Assembly: GCF_006345805.1 (NCBI RefSeq)
Contig: NC_043004.1
Location: forward strand, 25,482,001 to 25,546,000
Origin: Octopus sinensis
Taxonomy: Eukaryota
DNA: 64,000 nt
Direction of reading: 5' to 3'
The position numbers and the translations under genes are program-made. Position 1 is the stretch's first letter, and each line of letters starts with the position of its first letter. The notes below the pieces were generated by a model, which had not been told where the DNA came from, did no database searches, and was given only the letters and a program-made list of their open reading frames with translations. Positions 1-9,870 of the stretch are shown here, one piece after another.

Positions 1-860
1 TGGGAGGGGTCACAGTTTCCTCTATCGGCAGCACACCTCCCACCGACGAGGTTTCAGGGCATGCCGCAGTGTACCATCAACCGTCGGCAATGTCCCGTTC
101 TTTATATTTTTATTTTTTATTTTTCTCCCCTTTGCTACGTGGGGTGTAGTACCTCTGCTTTATCCGGAGGATGTTCCTTCCCCCCCCCCGCAGCTTTAGG
201 GTCATTCGGTGGGCAACCATTGTTGCCTACCTTTCTTTTTTCTCCTTTTTTCGAGGAGGTCTCCACCTCCTCGACTGCCTCCATCTCTCCCTCCAATGGG
301 GGGGGGGGCTGCTACTTTTATTAACTGCTCCAGGACTTTACCTTGGTCCTGGGGACAGTTCTTTTTAATGTGACCTGGTTTCAGGCACAGGCGACACTTG
401 GTGGCGGGGGCGCCCCTCAAGAATCAACGGATACATAGAACCGGCCATTCTAAAAAAATCTGGGAAAACCAGCTTATTGGCTGATTGGGTCCACAGGGTC
501 AAAATCGCTTTTGACCCCACCCAATCAGCTGCAGGCTGAATTTTAACATTTAGGAGCCTGGCTCCGCTGCCACCCAGACCCCGGCAGATAGTGTCTTCGA
601 TCCACTCGGGTTCTATCCTGGGTGGTAGCCCACAGACCCAAGCTCTTGTTAATTTCTTCCCACAATATGTGGGAAGAAACAGAATATTTTGCCCTTCTAA
701 GGGCTACTCGCGATATTGCGAGCCTCCTCAGAGGTGTCAAATAGCAACCACACCGTTGCATACTTGACACTCCTGGCAATAAACTTAATAGTTGGCAAAA
801 TATCTGCCAACTCTTTTTCAAGCTACTTACCACACATCCATTCCTGCGCCTATATTTATT
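1..860 (-). mobile_element. Decayed ORF1 (gag-like) region of a Tx1/L1-clade LINE
   Basis: Minus-strand frames give EKELADILPTIKFIARSVKYATVWLLFDTSEEARNIAS, TRAWVCGLPPRIEPEWIE and a CCHC zinc knuckle CRLCLKPGHIKKNC (ORF 202-420), with stops and frameshifts. The element runs off the window edge. Confidence 0.7.
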
Positions 861-959
861 GATGTTTTTCAGTATTTTTCTTTCCATAAACACATTTATG
901 CTATAAAAGAAAAATTTGAAAATATATGATTTTTTTTCAACCCCACTCCCCACCGTCGA

Positions 960-2549
960 TTGTTTCTGCCCCCCCCCCACCTCATAACTTTTAGGAAAAT
1001 GGATATCTTTTATTGAAATTTATATAAATCCGTTTCAAGCAGCATAGATTACGATTATAAAGAAATTTGTGGGGAAAATGTTTTCCAAAGGGGTGAGGAA
1101 TTTTTTTCTCTCATAACTTATAGGAAAATGGATATCTTTTACTGAAATTTTATATAAATACCTTTCAAACAGCATAGAATACGATTATAAAGAAATTTGA
1201 GTTAATGTTTACTTTAACTCTCGGTCACAAAAAAAAAAAAAGAACAGGTGCAATAGGTGTAAAAAGAAATGTGTATTAAAGGAATATGAAAGAAAAAATT
1301 TGCACTGAGGAGTAGGGAGAGGACTTTCGGAAAAGAAAGACTTCCTCCCCTCAGAAAAAAGTGGGGTGGGAGGTACAAAAGGAAGTCTTGCCAAATACCT
1401 TTCAAATGGCATAGATTACGACTATAAAGAAATTTGTGAGGAAATTGGATCTTTACCTTTTGACCTACAGATTTTAAAAATAATTTTTTGCAACTAAACA
1501 CTTTCAAACTTCGGACAGTGGTAGAATGTGTCATATATAACATCTTTTACTCTTAGTATTTTTGAGAAAAACTTATATTTACGAAGTTATTTCGCGTTAA
1601 CGTTGTCCTATTTCGGTAATTTCAACCAATCAATGACGTGTATTCAGCTGAATAAAATTATTGCTGTTGTTTGTCAACAAGAACTTCCGGCGGTGCATAT
1701 TTCGTTTGTGACTGTTATTTATGACAACTCTAACCCTAAAGCCTTAAATCTAAAACCAGTACAAACGCACAAGCGATGTCATAAATAACAGTGACAAGCG
1801 AAAAATACACCGCCGATAGTTGTTGTTGACAAACAACGGCAGTAATTTTATTCAGCTGAGGACTACTTTGACGTGAAATAACTTTGTAAATATAAGTTTT
1901 TCTCAAAAATGCTAAGAGTAAAAGATGTTTTATATGACACATTCTACTAATGTCCAAAGTTTGAAAGTGTTTAGTAACAAAAAATTATTTTTTAAATCTG
2001 TAGGTCAAAAGGTAAAGATCCAACAAATATATAAACAAAAAATTGTGCAAACGAACGGAGGGTGGGTGGGGAGAGAAGTTTCTGAAAATTCCCACGATCC
2101 AATTTTTTTCCCCTCATAACTTCCAGGAAAACATTTTCCCCACAAATTTCTTTATAATTACAATCTATGCCGTTTGAAAGGTGTTTCTGTAAAATTTCAT
2201 CAAAAGCTAGTCACTTTCCTTAAAGTTATGAAGGAAAAAATCGGATCGTGTGAATTTTCCGAAATCCTCTCCCCCACCCTTTCGGGAAACATTTTTCCCA
2301 GAAATTTCTTTATAATCGTAATCTGTGCCATTTGAACGGTATTTCTATAAAATTTCATCAATATATATTCATTTTCCTTAAAAGTTATGAGGAAAAATCG
2401 GATCTTGGGAATTTTCCGACAGTCCTCTCCCCACCCACACCCCGTTCGTTTGCGCAACTTTTTTTTATATTCGTTTTCTACACATTTTTTACACCTAAGT
2501 ATGCTGGCTTTTTTTTTGTCGTGATCGGATCTTAAACTGTATATTGACC
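960..2549. mobile_element. Modular foldback-type (Merlin-like) non-autonomous element arms with a nested MITE
   Basis: AT-rich modules (CTCATAACTTT.AGGAAAATGGATAT; TTCAAA.GGCATAGATTACGATTATAAAGAAATTTGTGGGGAAAA) occur in + orientation at 960-1446 and inverted at 2022-2549. The right terminus TTAAACTGTATATTGACC matches the family terminus at 26932 and 32047. Confidence 0.65.
1447..2021. mobile_element. Palindromic MITE with about 280-bp TIRs and GGATC termini
   Basis: Begins GGATCTTTACCTTTTGACCTACAGA and ends TCTGTAGGTCAAAAGGTAAAGATCC. Arms run to about 1728 and 1776 around a roughly 48-bp spacer. No TSD recognisable. Confidence 0.85.
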
Positions 2550-2924
2550 GCTGTTTCCTCAATCGAAGGATCACGCTGACGTTTCCTCAGTAACATAACA
2601 GTTTATTTTGTCGGATGATGTTTTTGTTTGACCAACGTTTGATTAAATTGTAAATTGATATTACGGACAGCATTTCTGAATGTGTTAAATTGTTAGGAAC
2701 TCTTCTGTATGTCACCGGTGTGATTCAAAAGAAGTTAAAAATTATCAGTAACACCGTTTACTTCGTGTGTTTGTTGCCAAAATTTGAAACTAGTATTATT
2801 ATAATTATTTATAGTCATTTATTTTAATCATATCATGTAAACGGAGGTCCATAATATCCAAGCCAAAATCTGAATCATAAAACATAGTAACAGACATTTC
2901 TCAGTTTTTAAGAATTCTTCAAGA

Positions 2925-4934
2925 ATGGAAGGCATTAATGAGTTGGACACTTCTAACACAACTGTTTTTAACAATGTAGACGCAATTACACAGACAGTCA
3001 GTGGTGAGAAACTTTTACCTAGTGAAACATTTACTAAACAAACATCAGTAAACAGAAACGTTGCTAAATATCGCTGTGAGGTTTGTAAGAAAACATTCCC
3101 TTCAGAACATGAAATGTTCGCTCACAAAAAAATACATAATAAGGAAAAACCATTCCACTGTGAAATATGCGGGAAATATTTTGTATCTAACAGAAATTTA
3201 ACCAAACACACCAGAATACACACTGGAGAAAAACTGTTTCACTGTGAAATCTGTGGGAAACCTTTCGTTAATAATTCGAATCTTGTTATCCACATACGTA
3301 GTCACACTGGAGAAAAACCGTATAGTTGCGATATATGCGGGAAATCTTTTGTCAATAATAGTAATTTAAAAGGACACAAAAAAATACACACTGGCGAAAA
3401 ACTTTTTCAGTGCGATTTGTGTGCGAAATCTTTCATTGATAATTGGAAACTTATTATCCACAAACGTAGTCACACAGGAGAAAAACCGTTTCACTGTGAA
3501 ATCTGTGGGAAATCTTTCTCTCAGAATTCTCACCTTGTTATCCACATACGTAGCCACACTGGAGAAAAACCCTTCCATTGTGATATTTGTGGTAAATCAA
3601 CGGTCTCTAACAGTAGTTTGGCAAGTCACAAAAGGATACACGCTGGAATAAAGCCATATCGTTGTGAAATATGCGGGAAATCTTTCACCGATAATTTAAA
3701 TCTTGTTATACACAAACGTAGACATACAGGAGAAAAACCGTTTCACTGTGAAATATGTAAGAAATCATTCTCTCAAAATTCTCATCTTGTCATTCATATT
3801 CGTTGTCATACAGGAGAAAAACCTTATCAGTGTGATGTGTGTGGGAAATCTTTGGTGTCTAACAGTAGTTTAATAAATCACAAAAGGACACACAGTGGAG
3901 AGAAACCATTTCGTTGTGAAATGTGTGGCAAGTGTTTCAGTGATAATTTGAATCTTGTTATACACAAACGTAGACATACTGGGGAAAAACCATTTAGTTG
4001 TGAAATGTGCGGGAAATCTTTCATTGAAAGTTCCAAGCTTACAATCCATAAACGAAGACACACAGGAGAAAAACCATATAGTTGTGAAATATGTGGAAAA
4101 TCTTTCGTGAATAAAAGTGATTTAAAAAGTCATGAACGAATCCACAGTGGAGAAAAGCCCTATCACTGTGAAATATGCGAAAAATCATTTTCTGTTAATT
4201 CTAGTCTAGCAGTTCACAGAAGAATCCACAGTGGGGAAAAACCTTATCAGTGTGAAATATGTAGTAAATGCTTTGTCTATAAAAGTAACTTGACAAGACA
4301 CAAACGAATCCACAGTGGAGAAAATCCATTCCATTGTGATATTTGTGGGAAATCTTTTATTGAAAAATTTAAGCTTACAGTCCACAAACGTAGGCACACT
4401 GGAAAACAACCATACTGCTGTGAAATATGTGATGAATCATTTGTGAATAATAGTGATTTAAAAAGCCACGCACGAATCCACACTGGCGAACAACTCTTCC
4501 GCTGTGAAATATGTGGGGAATCATTTCATTTGAATTCTTTACTTGTATTCCACAAACAAAAGAACTGTAAAGAGAAACCTTACCTCAGTGAAAATTACAG
4601 GCAATCTTTTCTTAAAAATGAGGATTTAAAATATCATGAGCAAATACACCCAGAAGAAAAGTGTTATCTTTGTGAAATGTGTGGCAAATCCTTCTCTCGG
4701 AATTCTGATCTATTAAGCCACAAACGTAGGCACACAGGAGAAAAACCTTGTCATTGTGAAATGTGTGAGAAATCTTTTGTTAATAATAGTGATTTAAACA
4801 GGCACAAACGAATCCACAGCGGAGAGAAACCATACAACTGCAAAATCTGTGGTAAATCCTTTATCACTTACACTCTCTTAAAAAGGCACCAACAAATACA
4901 CACAAGAGGGAAATCTTTTAAGTATGAAACATGA
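2925..4934 (+). CDS. Polydactyl C2H2 zinc-finger protein, 669 aa, 48-aa leader plus 22 finger units (units 18-19 degenerate)
   Basis: Uninterrupted ORF with repeated CxxC-x12-HxxxH motifs and TGEKP-type linkers at a 28-aa period. Confidence 0.95.
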   Translation: MEGINELDTSNTTVFNNVDAITQTVSGEKLLPSETFTKQTSVNRNVAKYRCEVCKKTFPSEHEMFAHKKIHNKEKPFHCEICGKYFVSNRNLTKHTRIHTGEKLFHCEICGKPFVNNSNLVIHIRSHTGEKPYSCDICGKSFVNNSNLKGHKKIHTGEKLFQCDLCAKSFIDNWKLIIHKRSHTGEKPFHCEICGKSFSQNSHLVIHIRSHTGEKPFHCDICGKSTVSNSSLASHKRIHAGIKPYRCEICGKSFTDNLNLVIHKRRHTGEKPFHCEICKKSFSQNSHLVIHIRCHTGEKPYQCDVCGKSLVSNSSLINHKRTHSGEKPFRCEMCGKCFSDNLNLVIHKRRHTGEKPFSCEMCGKSFIESSKLTIHKRRHTGEKPYSCEICGKSFVNKSDLKSHERIHSGEKPYHCEICEKSFSVNSSLAVHRRIHSGEKPYQCEICSKCFVYKSNLTRHKRIHSGENPFHCDICGKSFIEKFKLTVHKRRHTGKQPYCCEICDESFVNNSDLKSHARIHTGEQLFRCEICGESFHLNSLLVFHKQKNCKEKPYLSENYRQSFLKNEDLKYHEQIHPEEKCYLCEMCGKSFSRNSDLLSHKRRHTGEKPCHCEMCEKSFVNNSDLNRHKRIHSGEKPYNCKICGKSFITYTLLKRHQQIHTRGKSFKYET

Positions 4935-5560
4935 GAAATCGTTCCTTTGTAAATCTAAATTTATAGTCCATCAATATACCCACATTGGCAAACATTGGTC
5001 ACAGTGAATTATGTCAGAAATCATTGTCTTCAAATTATAATGTTTTTGTGTACACATGTATGCTCTGAAAAACACCCTTTGACTTAAATATTTATGAATT
5101 GTGATCTTCAAAAAGTTGCTAAATGAATAAACACTCGGCATAGAACTATATTAGTTTAGAATATGTGAGGAGTCCTTTAGGAATAAGTAAGTCTACATTT
5201 TTAATCCAGAGTTGAATACAGACTGGAGACAAAAATTATCATTGTGAAATATTTTTAGTCTTGTAATCGACTAATATATCCACAAATACACCCTGAAAGA
5301 AGATCTATTCACTGTTATTTATCATTAAAGTTTCATATTAATCATGACTGGGAAAATAAAGGAGGAAAACTTTACAGATGTAAAATTTGTGGAAAATGAT
5401 TCTCATTCAAAGAACATGTTGTTAAACATAAATACATATAGAGATGGAAAATATTGAGAAGAATTTGTTGGCAACATTCTCTTGAATAGTAAAACCAACT
5501 AATTACTGAGAGATTTGTGTAAAATCTTGTCACTGAAATTTGTGACAAAAGATTTGTTTT
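4935..5560 (+). pseudogene. Decayed zinc-finger relics in the 3' UTR of the + strand ZNF gene
   Basis: A shifted frame from 4933 reads EKSFLCKSKFIVHQYTHIGK. 5361-5430 reads GGKLYRCKICGK*FSFKEHVVKH. Confidence 0.65.
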
Positions 5561-5670
5561 CTTATGGAAATTAAAATCTCATAACTATTTATGAGATTTA
5601 TCCATTTGTTGAATGGAGTATTCTGGAAAAGGGGAATATTTTTTTAACATTAATTACCAGTGAAAACACT

Positions 5671-5676
5671 AATAAA
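5671..5676 (+). promoter_or_regulatory. Candidate polyadenylation signal AATAAA of the + ZNF gene
   Basis: AATAAA in the context CCAGTGAAAACACT(A)AATAAAAT, which is conserved at the equivalent position of the paralog (23471-23476). Other AATAAA hexamers exist upstream. Confidence 0.4.
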
Positions 5677-5678
5677 AT

Positions 5679-5958
5679 CATTATCATCATTCAACGTCCA
5701 TTTTCCATATTGGCATAGATTGGATGATTTAACTGTAGCTGGTAAAGCCCGGAGCTGCTCCAGGCTCCATTGCCTGTTCTGGCATGGATGCTTTTCCTGA
5801 TGCCAACCACTCCATAGAGTTTACCTTGTGCTTTTAATGTGGCACCATCACTGGTATCAATTCTACTGTGAAAGACAGGTCTTAGGTACAGCATTGTGTC
5901 AATTATCTCAGTTGTTAGTCATCTCCTTTGTAAAGCTTAGTACTTGAGATCGGCCTTC
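5679..5958 (-). mobile_element. 5'-truncated RTE-family 3' end (antisense insertion)
   Basis: Degenerate (CAT)n tail plus TTCAACGTCCATTTTCCAT, similar to the tail of the RTE at 10714-13511. AAAAT flanks both sides, and the paralogous flank lacks the insertion. Confidence 0.75.
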
Positions 5959-5961
5959 AAA

Positions 5962-6480
5962 ATATTGCTTCATAATATTGTCTCCATTCATAACTACAAA
6001 CTTAAGGGAAGTGGCTCTTATATCTTGAAACACTGGATGTCAGAACATTTTAGTAGCTTGGTTTTAGTGATAATGGCCATATTGATTCAGGAGAATTCTG
6101 CAGATAGATGGATGTTTTGATATTTTCAGTATTTGCTGATTTATAATAACCTTCATTTGTGGATGCTGGTTGCATAGCAACACAATATTTGTTTATTTGC
6201 TACAGCTATTAAGTTCAACTCTACCAGCACCAATGCCAATTATTGTAAGTAAATATTGCTAAGACTGCAATATGACAGGTAAATACTAGGTTTGAGAGAG
6301 ACTGTCAACTTTAAACCTTTGTAGATGAGAGGTTTCGTTTCTGTTGTAGTTTTGTGAGAAGCTACAAGTAGCTGCTGTACCCATTATAATATCACAGAGT
6401 ATTTAAAATAAGGTTAATCTCAGTTGTAGTTTGGTAAGGAGCTGCTGTAACTGTTTTATTATCATACACAGTATCTCAAG
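5962..6480. repeat. Left copy of the inverted paralogous 3' flank (partner 22885-23470)
   Basis: 5962-6302 versus the reverse complement of 23128-23470 shows about 12 substitutions in about 340 bp. Weaker similarity continues to about 6480/22885. Confidence 0.9.
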
Positions 6481-7229
6481 TACAACCAATTTAGTCACTA
6501 CACTGTATGATATGAGACTTGTTCTGCGTCAATGAAACTGATTGTAAGCAACACCAAGTACTTCTGATACTTCATTATGATGTACCATGAAATGGTTATA
6601 AAAAACACCCATGTATTTATGTTTTCCAATATTTTTCTCCTTATGAACACATTTACTGGAATGATGATGTGGTGGTCTATTGCTGGGATATAAGCAACAG
6701 CCACAAAAAAAATTATTTAAAACCTTAGCCTCACCCTGCATCAAGTGAGTCTATGTGTATGTGTGTAAGAAAAAACTTACAGAAAAGTATACTATTAAAA
6801 TAAATTATCTTTTACATATGTTTGTATTTTTTTAACTCACTCTGTCACCTTACTGAAATTCTTTACACACATGCATACATACATTGACAAACACACACAG
6901 TGTGAGTGATATAATTTTGAAGAGTGGGAGAGTGAAAGAAATAGACAAATGTGAGAGAGAGAGAATGAGATCTTTACTGTCTTTGTCACAGATTTCAAAA
7001 TTTTAAAATTAAGTGTAAGTTTTGAAATTTGGTATATTAATATACTTTTTCAGGATGGATGCGTGTTTTTAATTCATTTATTCCAGAAAAAATTTTTTTT
7101 TTTAATGTTACAGAGGTTAAAGTTTGATCATTTTTACCCAATCAGAAAATAGGATTTTTGTATGTGATAGCTGTGATAAAATGGAAGTAAACATTAGAAG
7201 ATGTTTTAAAGAAAATGAAAGTTATGCTT

Positions 7230-7935
7230 GAGAGTTAATACATACACAAAGAGAGTGAGTGTCAAAGAGTGTACTAAATATAAAGAGATGGCTTGATGGT
7301 GATAGAGAGTGGGGATCTTTTCGGTTTGAGCAGCAGTTTTTTCTAGCGGTGTCATATGAAATTGTCACCCATAATTATGCCCCTAGTATCGATCTATTGC
7401 ATTTCTATCTCTTTTAGGGTTAAGGGTGGGGGAAGGGTATCTTTTTTTCTTCACAAATGTAAATAAACCCAATCTGTTTCTTAAACGAGGGACATATTCA
7501 TACAGCACAATGTTTTTTACCCCAATGGATGTCATTGCAGAAATTGAAGAAAAAAACATCAAATATCTTACAAACTATAGAATTTTCTCAATAAAGCCAA
7601 GAGAAAAAGATGTTTTATAAACACATTCTACCAGTATACGAAGTTTAAAATTTTTTAGTTACCTAGAAATTATGTTAAAAACTGCCGTTCAAACCGAAAA
7701 GATCCGAGAGTGGGAGAGTTGTGGTTCCAAAGTTGAGTTATTTCTCATAGAAAATTGTTTTTTTTTTATTATTATTTACGAACAACATTGTGGGAGAGTT
7801 AATACATACACAGAGTGTCAAAGAGTATAGTAAATATAGAGAGATAGTTTGATGGTGATAGAGAGTGGGAGAGTTGGGGTTCTAGAGTTATTTCTCATAG
7901 AAAATTTTTTTGTTATTTATGAACAACATTGTCTG
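7230..7935. repeat. Diverged tandem duplication (about 160-bp unit), first copy interrupted by a MITE
   Basis: GAGAGTTAATACATACACA...GGTGATAGAGAGTGG[MITE]GAGAGTT...GAACAACATTGT is repeated without the MITE at about 7795-7935. Confidence 0.75.
7313..7705. mobile_element. GGATC-terminated MITE with 8-bp TSD (Merlin-like)
   Basis: TIRs GGATCTTTTCGGTTTGA / TCAAACCGAAAAGATCC. Perfect TSD GAGAGTGG at 7305-7312 and 7706-7713. Confidence 0.9.
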
Positions 7936-8060
7936 TGGGATGCAGAATTCAAAAATCAAATTTGTTTTTCTCAAGGATTCACTGTTTCAGAGCCTTTTTA
8001 CGTTAAACACTCATACATAACCACATACATTCACATTTATATATATATGTGAGTATATAT

Positions 8061-8715
8061 CATCATCATCATCATTTAATGTCCATTGTCCATGCTAGCA
8101 TGGGTTGGACTGTTTGAGCAGGGTTGGTAAGCTGAGGGGCTGCACTAAACTCCAGTCTGATTTGGCATGGTTTCTACAGCTTGATACCCTTTCTAATGTC
8201 AACCACTCTGAGAATGTAATGGGTGCTTTTGCATGACACCAGTATCTTCCATGACTATGATTTCACTTGTTGAAGGGTCTTCTTCTCAAGCAAAGCATAT
8301 TGCCAAAAGTCTCAGTCATTTGCAATTGTCTCCATGAGGCCCAATGCTCGAAAGGTGCTTTTTATGTGCTACCAGCAGGGGTGCTAGCTATGTGACACTG
8401 GCATCGGCCACATTGCCTCTGTGAGACCCAACACTCAAAAGGTGCTTTTTACATGCCTCCGGCACAGGTATCAGTTACATGACACCAACAACAGCCACAA
8501 CTATGATTTCATTTGGTTTGATGGGTCTTCTCAAGCATGACATATTGCCAAATATCACAGTCACTAGTCATTGCATCCATGAGGCCCAATGTTCGAAGAT
8601 CATGCTTCACCACTTCATCTCATGTCTTCCTGGGTCTCCCTCTTCCACAGCTTCTCTCCACTGTTAGAGATCGGCACTTCTTCACACAGCTGTCCATATC
8701 TATGTTTATATATTG
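8061..8715 (-). mobile_element. 5'-truncated RTE LINE 3' end
   Basis: (CAT)5 tail at 8061. The ORF C-terminus and 3' UTR match the 12800-13510 copy. 15-bp TSD TATGTGAGTATATAT at 8046-8060 and 8716-8730. Confidence 0.85.
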
Positions 8716-8769
8716 TATGTGAGTATATATATTTATATGTGTGTGTGTGTCTTTATATATAAGGTACTT

Positions 8770-9320
8770 TCAATTTCAACTGGATCAATCTCTTTGCACA
8801 CAGACAGCCACTGTGATAAGCTATGCAGATGATACAAAAGTCTCACAGGTAATACAGCCCTGGAGATGTCTCACACTTACAACGAGATTTGGATGCAATA
8901 TACAAATGGGCTGAAAGTAATAACATGAAACCTAATGCTGAAAAGTTCCAAGCATTGCGTTATCAACAGACAAAGCTAAATGCAACACAGACAAAATACA
9001 CTGGACCAAAATCATATTCAGTGTGTGATCTGAACATTGACATGAGTAGTGATGTATCTTTTCATGCACATATTACTAGGTTGGCAATGAAATGTGGACA
9101 GCTGGCTGGCTGGATTTCTAGAACTTTCAGAACAGAAGTGCAGGAAACCATGATGGTTATCTGGAAGATGTTTGTCCTAAACTGTTTGGATTATTACTCC
9201 TAACTATGGTCACCACAGAATGTAATATTAATGGCAAAACTCAATGCTAGACAAAGAAGATTGTCTCAATGCAACAGATTAGCTACTAGGAAAGACTCAA
9301 AGGGTTAAGACTATTTTCTT
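8770..9320 (+). mobile_element. CR1/L2-type LINE reverse-transcriptase C-terminal fragment
   Basis: YADDTKV at about 8823 followed by DAIYKWAESNNMKPNAEKFQALRY and AMKCGQLAGWISRTF. Confidence 0.7.
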
Positions 9321-9870
9321 ATCTTGGAAGTGATATCACATCCGAAAAAAAGATATACCAAATCCACATAGCAAAAGCATGGATGAAAAGGGAATTATTC
9401 AGAATAATCATAGAATCAGTTCATCAGTATGGACTCCTACAAAAAAGCAAGTTTGATAGGAGCTACACATGTATAATGTGTGCTTTTGTCAACAAATTAC
9501 GGAAACAACATCCAACAAAAGAAGAGCTTTATGAAAATATCACCAACATCAGTCATTTGAGACTGGAGGACAAGAAGTGCTGGTCACTGCTACTGAAGCA
9601 AAGATGAATTTGTGGATCTCAAGTCATGGACATTCTTATGTTGGAAGACCCAGAATGATGTAAATTAATCAACTCTCATGAGAGATGCTGAGTTACAAAT
9701 AGAACACTAAAAAATATGGAAGCAGGAATGCTTGCAGGAAAAGAGTGGCTTTTGTCTGGGCGACCCAAAATGATAATGTATTATCATGTTTGTTCTAGAC
9801 ATCATATATACACTACCCTCTATACATTGCTGATATGTCACCAAGTTGTTTATTCCATTTATATATATGT

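Noticed and set aside
3366-4483. Several 60-95-aa ORFs antisense to or overlapping the ZNF genes (also 24995-26067)
   Set aside because: By-products of the repetitive finger codon pattern; no independent features.
3049-4934. 84-bp periodicity as a CRISPR-like or satellite array
   Set aside because: Fully explained by 28-aa C2H2 finger repeats; eukaryotic context; no repeat-spacer structure.
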